Below are positions 44,912 through 54,656 of a DNA stretch of 64,000 nt, in pieces (the first letter of the stretch is position 1; every line of letters begins with the position of its first letter). The notes beneath the pieces are model-generated. The model was not told the origin of the DNA. It ran no database searches and worked only from the letters and a program-made list of their open reading frames with translations. Location of the stretch: contig CAXMPK010000119.1 of assembly GCA_964195405.1 (NCBI GenBank), positions 13,075 through 77,074 of the forward strand. Reading direction: 5' to 3'. Origin of the DNA: an uncultured Acidimicrobiia bacterium (GTDB taxonomy: Bacteria; Actinomycetota; Acidimicrobiia; Spongiisociales; ZC4RG35). Both the position numbers and the translations under genes were made by a program.

Positions 44912-44950
44912 TAAGATGACGACGTCATCGATAAGATGACGTGTCATCGA
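44912..44950. repeat. Tandem direct repeat of two units, each with a palindrome GATGAC(N1-2)GTCATC
   Basis: Seen directly: TAAGATGACGACGTCATCGA and TAAGATGACGTGTCATCGA side by side, immediately 5' of the glycine aptamer. Confidence 0.55.
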
Positions 44951-45088
44951 CACCGTCGGGAGAGCCTCGATAACGAGGCGCCGAAGGGGCAACACCTTCC
45001 CGGAATCTCTCAGGCATGTAGGACCGATCGGTCGAGGCTTCGCTGAAGGAAACGACAGCAGGGAAGGGCAATAGCTTGCTACGGAGAC
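44950..45088 (+). promoter_or_regulatory. glycine riboswitch (single clear aptamer) in the gcvP leader
   Basis: GGGAGAG ... P2 hairpin CCTCGATAACGAGG ... CGCCGAAGGGGCAA ... CTCAGGCA ... GGACCG matches the glycine aptamer consensus. It lies directly upstream of gcvP. Confidence 0.6.
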
Positions 45089-45092
45089 CTCG

Positions 45093-47912
45093 ATGCCCAA
45101 CCCGTTTGAGAAGTTCGCAGACCGCCACATCGGTCCCAGTCATTCGGATATTCAGAAGATGCTTGCCACCGTTGGCGTGGCGTCTTTGGACGACTTGGTT
45201 GCCGGGACAGTTCCGACCTCGATCTTGGATGAGACGCTCGAACTGCCCGAGGCGCTGACGGAAGTAGAGGTAGTTGGACGGCTTACCGAGTTAGCTGAAA
45301 AGAACACTGTCATTACGTCGCTCATAGGTCTCGGATACCACGACACGATCACCCCACCTGTCATCCAGCGCAAAGTGTTGGAGAACCCTGCTTGGTACAC
45401 CGCCTACACCCCTTATCAAGCTGAGATCAGCCAGGGTCGACTTGAGGCCTTGCTCAATTTCCAGACCATGGTCTCGGACCTCACGGGTCTCGACATCGCC
45501 AATTCGTCACTTCTCGATGAGCCGACCGCTGCCGCCGAGGGCATGGCCATGGCTCACCGTCTCCACCGTGGGAAAGAGAGAGTTTTCTACGTCCATCCCG
45601 ATGTCCACACACCAACCAAAGCGGTCCTCACCACCAGAGCCTCGGCTGTTGGGATCGAAGTTCGAGAGCTAGACGACCATGCCGACCCTTCACAAGCATT
45701 TGGCGTGTTACTTCAATACCCAGGGTCATCTGGTGCGATCAGCGACCACAGCTCTGTTATCGACGCCTTCAGTGGTGCAGGCGCTTTCGTCGTGGTGGCC
45801 ACCGATCTGCTCGCCCTCACCATGCTTGAGCCCCCGGGGGAGTGGGGCGCCGACATCGCTGTCGGATCGGCCCAACGTTTTGGGGTGCCGCTTGGCTATG
45901 GAGGGCCCCACGCCGGCTTTATCGCATGTCGGGAGAAGCATGTGCGCGCCCTCCCCGGTCGTCTCGTGGGTGCTGCTGAGGACACCGCGGGGAGGATGAG
46001 CTATCGGCTGGCTCTCCAGACCAGGGAACAGCACATCAGACGGGAGAAGGCGACCTCCAACGTGTGTACGGCCCAAGTCTTGTTGGCGATCATGGCCGGC
46101 TTCTATGCCTGCTGGCATGGACCCCAAGGCCTCAAAGCAATCGCGGGTGAAGTCCATCGACTCACATCAAGTCTCGCGGCAGGGATTGATTCTGCCGGAT
46201 ACAAGATGGTCTCCACCTGGTTCGACACGATCACTGTCAGGACGCCAGGAGCCGCAGATGAGATCGTCGCGCGAGCTCTCGAGGTGGGAGTGAACCTCGG
46301 TCTCGTCGACGATGACCATGTGCGTGTGGCACTTGACGAGAAGTCCGATGACGACTTGGTTGGGGTGGTTCTGGGGGTTTTCGGCGCCTCGATACCGGGT
46401 GAGCAACCTTCAGGAATCCCGGATAGGGCGATTCGCCGGACAGCATTCTTGACACACCCCGTCTTCAGTCTTCATCAGTCCGAAACCGAGATGCTGCGCT
46501 ACCTGCGAAGACTGTCCGACCGCGACCTCGCCCTAGATCGCAGCATGATTCCACTTGGCTCCTGCACGATGAAGCTCAACGCGACTACCGAGATGATCCC
46601 GGTCACATGGCCCGAGTTCGCAGGGATTCACCCCTATGCGCCGGTCAGTCAGGCAGCTGGATATTTGGAGCTGATCGAAGAACTGGGTGAATACCTGGCC
46701 CAAATAACCGGCTACGACACAGTCTCTCTCCAGCCCAACGCCGGATCACAGGGCGAGTTGTCAGGCTTGCTGGCGATCGCCGCGTATCACGAGTCCCGTG
46801 GTGAAGGTCATCGTGACGTTTGTCTCATTCCCGCGTCTGCGCACGGAACCAACGCTGCGTCTGCGGTCATGGCCGGTATGCGTGTTGTGGTTGTTGCGAC
46901 GGACGACCGCGGGAATGTCGATTTCGATGATCTAGAGGCCAAGGCATCGGAGCACGCTGACGCCCTTGCCGCCGCCATGGTCACCTACCCGTCCACGCAC
47001 GGAGTTTTTGAGGAGGGGATCAAGGCACTGACCGAAATGGTGCATTCCCACGGTGGCCAGGTTTATGTCGATGGGGCCAATCTCAACGCTCTCGTAGGAT
47101 TGGCGCGACCAGCCGAGTTCGGCGCTGACATCGGTCACCTCAATCTGCACAAGACGTTCACAATCCCGCATGGGGGAGGTGGTCCAGGTGTCGGCCCAGT
47201 AGGCGCAAAGTCCCATTTGGCGCCATTCTTGCCAAGCCACCCCTTGCTGGCGGCGGCAGGCCCCGATACCGGAATCGGACCAGTTTCCGGTGCGCCTTTT
47301 GGATCGGCCGGGATTCTCCCCATCCCCTATGCGTATATTCGCCTGATGGGCGCCGAAGGGCTGCGTCAGGCAACGAAAGTGGCGATTCTGTCGGCCAACT
47401 ACGTGGCCAGACGGCTCGATCCCTACTTTCCCGTTCTCTATACAGGGGCAGGCGGGCGTGTGGCCCATGAGTGCATCCTCGATTTGCAGCCACTCACCAG
47501 AGACACCGGTATCACTGCCGAAGACGTTGCCAAACGTTTGGCTGATTATGGATTCCACGCCCCGACGCTGTCGTTCCCGGTGGTGGGGACACTCATGGTT
47601 GAACCGACCGAGTCCGAGAGCCGGGCAGAGCTCGACCGTTTCTGTGATGCGATGATCGCGATCCGAGCCGAAGCCGATCGGGTGGGTTCGGGTGAGTGGC
47701 CTCGAGATGACAATCCGCTGTCAAACGCCCCGCATACTTCCGAGGACGTTGTTGCGGATGACTGGGCACGGCCCTATTCGAGAGAACAAGCTGCGTTTCC
47801 TGTCAGGATCCTTCGTTCCGACAAATACTGGCCCCCGGTTGGGCGTATCGACGGTGTGGGTGGGGATCGGAATCTCGTCTGTGCCTGTCCGCCTCTCGAT
47901 GCCTACCGCTGA
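45093..47912 (+). CDS. gcvP: glycine dehydrogenase (decarboxylating), glycine cleavage system P protein
   Basis: 939 aa single-chain P protein, with a PLP-lysine region around HLNLHKTF. Confidence 0.9.
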   Translation: MPNPFEKFADRHIGPSHSDIQKMLATVGVASLDDLVAGTVPTSILDETLELPEALTEVEVVGRLTELAEKNTVITSLIGLGYHDTITPPVIQRKVLENPAWYTAYTPYQAEISQGRLEALLNFQTMVSDLTGLDIANSSLLDEPTAAAEGMAMAHRLHRGKERVFYVHPDVHTPTKAVLTTRASAVGIEVRELDDHADPSQAFGVLLQYPGSSGAISDHSSVIDAFSGAGAFVVVATDLLALTMLEPPGEWGADIAVGSAQRFGVPLGYGGPHAGFIACREKHVRALPGRLVGAAEDTAGRMSYRLALQTREQHIRREKATSNVCTAQVLLAIMAGFYACWHGPQGLKAIAGEVHRLTSSLAAGIDSAGYKMVSTWFDTITVRTPGAADEIVARALEVGVNLGLVDDDHVRVALDEKSDDDLVGVVLGVFGASIPGEQPSGIPDRAIRRTAFLTHPVFSLHQSETEMLRYLRRLSDRDLALDRSMIPLGSCTMKLNATTEMIPVTWPEFAGIHPYAPVSQAAGYLELIEELGEYLAQITGYDTVSLQPNAGSQGELSGLLAIAAYHESRGEGHRDVCLIPASAHGTNAASAVMAGMRVVVVATDDRGNVDFDDLEAKASEHADALAAAMVTYPSTHGVFEEGIKALTEMVHSHGGQVYVDGANLNALVGLARPAEFGADIGHLNLHKTFTIPHGGGGPGVGPVGAKSHLAPFLPSHPLLAAAGPDTGIGPVSGAPFGSAGILPIPYAYIRLMGAEGLRQATKVAILSANYVARRLDPYFPVLYTGAGGRVAHECILDLQPLTRDTGITAEDVAKRLADYGFHAPTLSFPVVGTLMVEPTESESRAELDRFCDAMIAIRAEADRVGSGEWPRDDNPLSNAPHTSEDVVADDWARPYSREQAAFPVRILRSDKYWPPVGRIDGVGGDRNLVCACPPLDAYR

Positions 47913-47982
47913 TCAGCTTGACAATTGCTCTTGCAGTGGGATGGTTACTGCCTGATTTCCTAGCGATCTTGAGGGTCAATCG

Positions 47983-49587
47983 GTGAGATTCACCGGTCAA
48001 ATTCGGGTTCCCGATGTAGACCACCCGGGGGTTCCAGTCACCTTCGTTGTCGATGACAACCAGGCGGAGGTGATTCTGGAGGGTGACTCCCTTGGCAGGT
48101 GGTCGCTTTTTGACGTCCATGTGACCCGTCTTGTCTCCAGTGCGTTCCAGGTCGAGTTGGCCGACGAGGAAATCACATTCCTCGCCGACGAGCCCGTTGA
48201 CTTTGCCTACAACGGCGTCGAGCACATGGCTCAGGTATGGGCCCGGTATAAGACAATGACGGTCCCGCGCCGAGTGATTGCCGTCAAACGATCCCGAAAG
48301 GGAACCACACCATCGCGACTCCAGGAATTCCGCGAGGCGATGATCGAGAATCTCAGAGCTGAGGGTGGTGAGAGCTCGAGCCGGGGAGAGCCCTCGATGC
48401 TCCCCGGCGAATCCGTGGCGACAGCGGCGTCTCCATCAACACTAGACCCGCTGCTCGAGCCCGTTACGGAGTCGAACGAAGCCGAAGACGGTGCGGAAGC
48501 AGTCATTCCAATGGTCGCTGGTTCCAATGAGCTCGATCGAGCTTCGGCGAAGACGGAGCTGGAAGCAATCGAAAATGCTGAGGCCCAGCGAGCGAAAGCC
48601 ACGCTCATTGAGACCGAGCGAAGGGCCGAGGCCGATCGAATGGCGTCCGAGCGTGATGCACTCGCGGCTGAGCGTGTCCGCCTCGACGAACAGAAGCGGA
48701 GTCTGGAGGAGGCCCTTGCAGAAGCAGAACACCTAGAGAAGAAGCGTCTCGATGCGGCGCAAGTCGATATGGATCGGATCGAGAGTGAGAAGCGGGAGCT
48801 CGAGAAGCGTCATGAGGAGGAGCGTCTCAAGGCGGAGCAATTGGAAACCGAGCGACAGGCGCTTCAACAGCTTGAGGTCGATCGTGTCGAGCGCGAGCGC
48901 CAACAGGAAAAAGACCTCGCGGCGCGGCATTTGGAGGTCGAAGAGCTCGAAACCAAGAAACGGGCCGAAGCTGAGCGTCTCGAGAAGGAGCGTAAGGAGT
49001 TGGTGCGTCTCGATGCAGAGCGTGAAGAGACCGCTCGCATCGAAATGGAAAAGCTCGAGCTGGAGCGTCTCGAATTGGAGCGTCTCGAAAGTGAGAGGTT
49101 ACAACGCGAGCGGGACGAAGCCGATCGCGTCGAGAAGCAACGTCTCGCTGAAGAGAAGCAACGTCTTGCTGACGAAAAGCGGGAGGCAAAACGTCTGAAG
49201 AAGGAGAAGGAAGCGGCCGCGGCCATCGCGGCGGAGGCTGAAACCGAACCTGAAACCGATGCTGAGGAAGAACCGGGCGGACGTGTCGCTGAAGTGCTCG
49301 GAACGTCAGTTGCCGGCGACCTCCCCGATAATGCCAAGGAGTTGGTGGTCGATCTTGGAGCCTTCGAAGAGGTGGCCCCGATCGAGACACCGCAATCGGG
49401 TACCGACACCGAACCGGCAATGGCCGGAGTGACGGAGAAGGCCGGAATCATGGGTGCAGTCAAGGCTGCCTTCAGTCGCACCGGCAAGAACCATGTTCAC
49501 GAGTTCACAGAGGCCCCCGGTGGCATTGGCATGGTGCGATACATCTGCCGCGAATGTGGCTACGTCTCGATATCCAGCACAGATTGA
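47983..49587 (+). CDS. hypothetical coiled-coil protein: ~110-aa N-terminal globular domain, ~250-aa Glu/Arg/Leu-rich coiled coil, C-terminal HxH...CxxC element
   Basis: Periodic ERLELERLELERLESERLQRERDE-type repeats. C-terminal HVHEF...ICRECGY. No enzymatic motif was recognised. GTG start. Confidence 0.5.
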   Translation: MRFTGQIRVPDVDHPGVPVTFVVDDNQAEVILEGDSLGRWSLFDVHVTRLVSSAFQVELADEEITFLADEPVDFAYNGVEHMAQVWARYKTMTVPRRVIAVKRSRKGTTPSRLQEFREAMIENLRAEGGESSSRGEPSMLPGESVATAASPSTLDPLLEPVTESNEAEDGAEAVIPMVAGSNELDRASAKTELEAIENAEAQRAKATLIETERRAEADRMASERDALAAERVRLDEQKRSLEEALAEAEHLEKKRLDAAQVDMDRIESEKRELEKRHEEERLKAEQLETERQALQQLEVDRVERERQQEKDLAARHLEVEELETKKRAEAERLEKERKELVRLDAEREETARIEMEKLELERLELERLESERLQRERDEADRVEKQRLAEEKQRLADEKREAKRLKKEKEAAAAIAAEAETEPETDAEEEPGGRVAEVLGTSVAGDLPDNAKELVVDLGAFEEVAPIETPQSGTDTEPAMAGVTEKAGIMGAVKAAFSRTGKNHVHEFTEAPGGIGMVRYICRECGYVSISSTD

Positions 49588-49628
49588 GTTACATCGACTC
49601 ATAATCTGCTGCCGGTACCCTCGCCGCA

Positions 49629-50684
49629 ATGCCAATAGTCAGACCAGTCATTCTGTCCGGTGGTTCAGGAACACGTTTGTGGCCTCTCTCCACGCCCAGC
49701 CTTCCCAAACAGTTCGTCCATCTTCTCCCCGGTGGCACCCTCTTCACCCAAACGCTGGAGCGTCTCAGTGGTATAGAAGGCGTGGCACCGCCGGTGATTG
49801 TCACCGGGGCTGATTATGCCGATAGGGCGTCAGCCGCCGCCAAGGACATGGGCATGCCTGCTGAATTCATGATTGTGGAGCCGGCCGGCCGAAACACCGC
49901 ACCGGCGGCTTTGGCCGCGGCCTTTTCGGTTGCAGCTGATGAGATTCTCGTCATCCTTCCGGCCGACCACATCATCGAGGACATCATCGACTTCGGAGGG
50001 ACTGTCGAGTTGGCTGTTGATGAAGCTGAATCGGGATCCATCGTCACTTTTGGGATCACACCAACGGGCCCTGAAACGGGCTTCGGATACATCGAGATGG
50101 GTCGAGAATCGGGTCATGGGTATGTGGTCAACCGTTTCAAGGAAAAACCCGGCCCATCTGAGGCCATAGAACTTGTTGCCGATGGCCATCATATTTGGAA
50201 CTCAGGCATGTTTGTCGTTTCGGCTGGTCTTCTCATTGACGAGGCGCTGATCCACTGTCCGAAATTGGCGGAAGGGGTGCTGGCTTCATTGCAACCGTCG
50301 CAAGGCGGGATGGTGCACCTTGATGAAGGGTTCCGGTCGGTGGAGAGTATTTCACTCGATCACGCGATCATGGAGAAAACCGAGAAGGCGGTGGTTGTGC
50401 CGATTGACGTTGGGTGGAGCGACGTTGGGTCATACCAGACTCTTTGGGAGCTATCAGAAAAGGACAATGCCGGAAACTCGGTGACCGGTGACGTGGTGAT
50501 CCGCGATGTCTCCGGTTCGTTGATCCGGGCATCATCGCGAACGGTGGCCGTAGCCGGGTTGTCCGATGTGGTTGTGATCGAGACCGCAGATGCTGTGTTG
50601 GTTGTGCCCCGGGACCGCTCTCAGGACGTGAAGGATCTGGCAGCCGATGCTGGCGGCGACCGCTCTGCAGCACAATCGTCCTGA
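49629..50684 (+). CDS. mannose-1-phosphate guanylyltransferase (GDP-mannose pyrophosphorylase, no isomerase domain)
   Basis: N-terminal VILSGGSGTRLWPLS nucleotidyltransferase motif and a left-handed beta-helix C-terminus. Confidence 0.85.
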   Translation: MPIVRPVILSGGSGTRLWPLSTPSLPKQFVHLLPGGTLFTQTLERLSGIEGVAPPVIVTGADYADRASAAAKDMGMPAEFMIVEPAGRNTAPAALAAAFSVAADEILVILPADHIIEDIIDFGGTVELAVDEAESGSIVTFGITPTGPETGFGYIEMGRESGHGYVVNRFKEKPGPSEAIELVADGHHIWNSGMFVVSAGLLIDEALIHCPKLAEGVLASLQPSQGGMVHLDEGFRSVESISLDHAIMEKTEKAVVVPIDVGWSDVGSYQTLWELSEKDNAGNSVTGDVVIRDVSGSLIRASSRTVAVAGLSDVVVIETADAVLVVPRDRSQDVKDLAADAGGDRSAAQSS

Positions 50685-50698
50685 GGACGCTGCTCATC

Positions 50699-50983
50699 GT
50701 GGCGCTGCTTCTGGTTGGGGCGTGTTCGGTTGCCCGACCTGCTGATGATGCCACCGGTGAGAAGATCTACCAGCAACTGTGCTCCAATTGCCATGGTGAC
50801 GACCTTGCTGGCGGGCTCGGCCCTCCCCTTGGTCCAGGGTCCAACTCGGCCGACCAACCAGACGAGTTTCTCGAGATCACCATCCTGCGCGGACGGGGTC
50901 GCATGCCTTCGTTCTCATCATCGCTCAACGACCAGCAGTTGGATCGTTTGATCGCCTTTATGCGTGAGGTGCAAGCCGGTTGA
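50699..50983 (+). CDS. small c-type cytochrome
   Basis: CSNCHG heme-binding motif, with a Met ligand region (GRMPSF). The upstream in-frame sequence encodes a lipobox (LLVGAC), so the true start may lie upstream of the GTG at 50699. Confidence 0.6.
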   Translation: MALLLVGACSVARPADDATGEKIYQQLCSNCHGDDLAGGLGPPLGPGSNSADQPDEFLEITILRGRGRMPSFSSSLNDQQLDRLIAFMREVQAG

Positions 50984-51939
50984 GCTCAATTCTGGAAGCA
51001 CTCGAACTTCATCCGGTGCGGATCCCGATGCGTCATCGTTTTCGCCGCGTCGATCATCGCGAGGCGGTGTTGATCAAAGGCCCAACAGGTTGGGGCGAAT
51101 TTTCACCCTTTCCTGACTATCCCCCTGAGGTGACGATTCGCTGGCTGGCGGCAGCACTCGAGCTTGCATGCACCGACCTTCCTGCGCCGGGGCGTCAGGT
51201 GGTGCCCGTCAACGTCACGATCCCTGCCGTTGACCCGGAGACTGCGACGGCACTTGTTCTGGAGTCGGGAGCAACAACAGCCAAGGTGAAAATCGGTGAG
51301 CCTGGTGACGACGCGGGTGTCGACGAAGCCCGGGTCGGGGCTGTACGGGAAGCAGTAGGCCCAGCTGGCCTTGTACGTGTCGATGTCAATGCTCTATGGG
51401 ATGTCGAGACCGCCGCTCGGCGTCTAGAGAGTCTCGATAGGTTCGATCTCCAGTATGCCGAGCAGCCTGTCGCCACCGTCGACGAGATGGTGGAGCTGAG
51501 GCGGCGAATTCGAGTTCCGATTGCAGCCGATGAGCTGGTCAGGCAGAGCCCATATCCGCTTCAGGTCATTGAGGCCGGAGGAGCCGATGTGTTGATTGTC
51601 AAGGTCCAACCGATGGGCGGTATCGCCAGGGTTCTCGATCTGGCGGGTCGCTCTGAGATCCCGGTGGTGATCTCATCCGCTCTGGAGACATCCATAGGTA
51701 TGTATGGCGGTTTGTTGGCAGCCTCGCTGCTCGATGAGCTCCCATACGCATGTGGTCTTGGCACCGTTTCCCTAATCGAAGGTGACCCCACCATGGCTCC
51801 GCTCATAGCCAGCGATGGGTTCCTCGAGGTGCGACGGCCAGAGCCGAACCCAGATCTTCTCGCCCGTTGGCGGCCAGAGCGCGACCGCTCGGCGGAAATG
51901 CTCCGACGTGTCAGGGCGGCAGCTGAACTTCTCACATGA
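50980..51939 (+). CDS. menC: o-succinylbenzoate synthase (enolase superfamily)
   Basis: Enolase-superfamily barrel with metal ligands (DVNALWD, QYAEQP, LIVKV), in a men gene context. TTG start. Confidence 0.7.
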   Translation: MSSILEALELHPVRIPMRHRFRRVDHREAVLIKGPTGWGEFSPFPDYPPEVTIRWLAAALELACTDLPAPGRQVVPVNVTIPAVDPETATALVLESGATTAKVKIGEPGDDAGVDEARVGAVREAVGPAGLVRVDVNALWDVETAARRLESLDRFDLQYAEQPVATVDEMVELRRRIRVPIAADELVRQSPYPLQVIEAGGADVLIVKVQPMGGIARVLDLAGRSEIPVVISSALETSIGMYGGLLAASLLDELPYACGLGTVSLIEGDPTMAPLIASDGFLEVRRPEPNPDLLARWRPERDRSAEMLRRVRAAAELLT

Positions 51940-53633
51940 GTCAACCCAACCCATCCACTGCACTGGCGCGGGCCGTCATCGATGAGTTGGCGAGAGGGGG
52001 GGTCACGCTTTTTGTGATTTCCCCAGGATCGCGTTCCGCGGCCCTGGCTATAGCCGCGTCGGACCACCCTGAGTTGGAGACCCGAGTAGTCCTAGATGAG
52101 CGTTCCGCCGCTTTTCATGCCCTGGGGAGGGCAAAAGCCTCGGGTGCTCCGACGGCGGTGATCGCCACATCGGGCACCGCACCAGCCAACCACTTGCCTG
52201 CCGTTGTTGAAGCCGACCTCTCCCTAACGCCCCTGGTGATTCTTTCTGCCGATCGTCCCATCGAGCTCCGCGGAGTTGGGGCGAACCAGACAATTGACCA
52301 GGTGAATCTCTTTGGCCCCCGTGTCCGCTTGTTCAGCGAGATTCCCGCACCGGATGAGCACAGCGATCTCAACGATCGGTGGCGAAAAGTTGTGTCTGAC
52401 TCGGTATCAGCGTCGCTTGGCGTCGGTGATAAGCCTGGTCCAGTGCACATCAACATCGCGTTCCGGGAGCCGACAGTGCCGGTGGCCGACGACGGCCGGA
52501 CCGAGAGTGGGGACTACTCATTCTCGATTGAGGGCAAGGACGACGGCAGCCGTTGGCTGTCTACCACACATCCTGGCTCTCCCCCGATCGAATTCTCGGT
52601 CGACTACCACCCACACGGGGTGGTGGTCGCTGGAGAAGGCGTGTACCACCGTGAGCGCCTTGTGGGGGTGGCCGATGAGCTCGGATGGCCAATACTGGCA
52701 ACAGCTCAGTCGGGGATGCGCGGTCAGAAGGTTGGTGCCTCCTATCACCATTTGCTGGCCGGTGGCGTCCCCAGTGTCCTCCGACCCGAGCTGGTCTATG
52801 CGATCGGTGCAGTTGGCCCCAGCTCGAGACTCGAGGAGCTGATCTCTGCGGCGAGTGTGCGCATCAGGGTCGACAGCTGGGGTCGTCACATCGATCCGCG
52901 GAGGAATGCGACCCACATTCTCAAAGCCGACCCGGTCGCCGCCCTCGAGACTCTGAAACCGCTGGCGAACACCGACCAGGGATGGTCCGACAGTTGGCTG
53001 GAGGCAGACCGTTCAGTGGAGGCGGCCATGGCTCGGGTGATCGACGCTGCGAGGTCTCCGACCGGCGCGGCAATCGCCAAATCCCTGGATCATTCAGCAT
53101 GGGAATCCCTCGTGGTTGGCTCTTCTCTCCCCATCAGGGAGGTTGACGCCCATCTCGCTCATTCAGGTGAGGTCATCGCCAATCGGGGGGCGTCCGGTAT
53201 CGATGGCTTCATCTCGACGGCGTTGGGCGTCTCATCCGTGAAACGGCGAACAGTCGCGCTGACCGGTGACCTCGGGTTGCTTCATGATGCCAATGGATTC
53301 CTATCTGACTCTGATGACGATCTCGTCATCGTCGTCGTCGACAACGACGGTGGAGGGTTGTTCGACGGGTTGCCACCGGCCCAGCATGCGCCCTCTTATG
53401 AGCGCCTGTTTGTTGCCTCCCAGGAACGGGAACTGGCGCAGTTGGCGCGATTTCATGATCTGGATTATTTCGAGACCAGCGCAATTTCAGAGCTCCCCGC
53501 TCTTGTTGATGCCGGACTTGATGCTGGGGGAGTCTCGCTGATCCGGGTTCCGGTTTCGCGGCGGGTGGACCTAGAGATGCGCCACCAGCTAGATGATGTA
53601 GCTCGCGAGGCGGTAGGCCTACTCGAGACCTAA
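51936..53633 (+). CDS. menD: 2-succinyl-5-enolpyruvyl-6-hydroxy-3-cyclohexene-1-carboxylate synthase (ThDP-dependent)
   Basis: ThDP-binding motif LTGDLGLLHDANG ... VVDNDGGG. The start overlaps the menC stop. Confidence 0.85.
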   Translation: MSQPNPSTALARAVIDELARGGVTLFVISPGSRSAALAIAASDHPELETRVVLDERSAAFHALGRAKASGAPTAVIATSGTAPANHLPAVVEADLSLTPLVILSADRPIELRGVGANQTIDQVNLFGPRVRLFSEIPAPDEHSDLNDRWRKVVSDSVSASLGVGDKPGPVHINIAFREPTVPVADDGRTESGDYSFSIEGKDDGSRWLSTTHPGSPPIEFSVDYHPHGVVVAGEGVYHRERLVGVADELGWPILATAQSGMRGQKVGASYHHLLAGGVPSVLRPELVYAIGAVGPSSRLEELISAASVRIRVDSWGRHIDPRRNATHILKADPVAALETLKPLANTDQGWSDSWLEADRSVEAAMARVIDAARSPTGAAIAKSLDHSAWESLVVGSSLPIREVDAHLAHSGEVIANRGASGIDGFISTALGVSSVKRRTVALTGDLGLLHDANGFLSDSDDDLVIVVVDNDGGGLFDGLPPAQHAPSYERLFVASQERELAQLARFHDLDYFETSAISELPALVDAGLDAGGVSLIRVPVSRRVDLEMRHQLDDVAREAVGLLET

Positions 53634-54656
53634 CGCCTGAAGCATCGGGTGCAGTTTGAGCTCGGTCTCAGCGAATTCACTCGATGCGTCAGATCCGTGG
53701 ACCAAACCTCCGCCGGCGTAGAGAGTGACTTTTCCTTCCTCAACCAGCCCACAACGAAGAGCGATGGCGAACTCGCCTTCTCCTGCTGAGTTGAACCAAC
53801 CCACCGGGCCGGCGTATCGGCCTCTGGGATTGGGTTCGATCTCGCTGATCAGGTCGAGGGCCTTCTTGGTGGGGGCGCCTGCCACCGACGCAGTGGGGTG
53901 GAGTGTCCCAAGAACGTCTAGAACAGTCGAGCCATTTGTGGCTGGTCCCTCGAATCTTGTCGCGAGGTGCTTTATCTCGCCAAACTCCAGAACCGTGCGT
54001 GCCGGGATATCGAGTGCGGTGACGTACTGTGCGAGTCCTTTGCGGACCGAGGATGCGGCGAGAACGTGTTCGAGGTCCATTTTGGCCGAACCGAGACTCT
54101 CGACGTTGGGCGCAGTTCCCGCGAGTACAAGTGATGAGATGACGCCCTCGCGGTGTGAGACGAGGAGCTCGGGGCTGGCACCCACCAACCCGTCGACAGC
54201 AAAAACGTAACAGTCTGGTTGACTCGCCAGTAGGTGGCTGGCAATGGCCGTGGTCGAAGGCGGATGATCCAACTGGACTTGCACCTGTCGGGTCAAGACC
54301 ACTTTCTCGACTGCTCCCCGATCAAGGGCTGCCAGGGCAGTGTCCAAGCCTTGTTGCCAGGTGGCCTTCCCGTCTGATTGGACGGTGGCGTTGGTGATTG
54401 TTCGGTAGCTGTCGCCAAGGGTCGGTCCCTCAGTTTCGCTAACCGTTTCGGGCACAATCACGACTGAGCCTCCCACCGAAGGGTCAAAGGTGAACGAGGC
54501 AAAAGCCATCTCATTTCCAGAATCACGTAGCTCCGTGAGGGCTCGTTGGTATCGGTCGGGCCCTATGCCAGGGTCGATTCTCAGAAGCGTCCCCTTCCCG
54601 ACTCGAGTCCGGTTCCGATGCGCCCAGATGAGATTCCGCTCCGTAGTCACTTTCAC
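53619..54656 (-). CDS. menF: isochorismate synthase (chorismate-binding enzyme)
   Basis: Chorismate-binding C-terminal motifs GAPTKKALDLISEIEPNPRGRYAGPVGW and EFAIALRCG. Men gene context. Confidence 0.7.
   Translation of the reverse strand: MKVTTERNLIWAHRNRTRVGKGTLLRIDPGIGPDRYQRALTELRDSGNEMAFASFTFDPSVGGSVVIVPETVSETEGPTLGDSYRTITNATVQSDGKATWQQGLDTALAALDRGAVEKVVLTRQVQVQLDHPPSTTAIASHLLASQPDCYVFAVDGLVGASPELLVSHREGVISSLVLAGTAPNVESLGSAKMDLEHVLAASSVRKGLAQYVTALDIPARTVLEFGEIKHLATRFEGPATNGSTVLDVLGTLHPTASVAGAPTKKALDLISEIEPNPRGRYAGPVGWFNSAGEGEFAIALRCGLVEEGKVTLYAGGGLVHGSDASSEFAETELKLHPMLQALGLE

Noticed and set aside
45031-45090. Possible second glycine-riboswitch aptamer
   Set aside because: Only GAAGG.GCAA-like fragments are present, without the GGAGAG 5' element or the CUCAGGCA 3' element. 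It is more likely the expression platform. Infernal would be needed to confirm.
47915-47982. TTGACA -35-like hexamer upstream of the coiled-coil gene
   Set aside because: No convincing -10 element lies at the right spacing. A single hexamer match is expected by chance.
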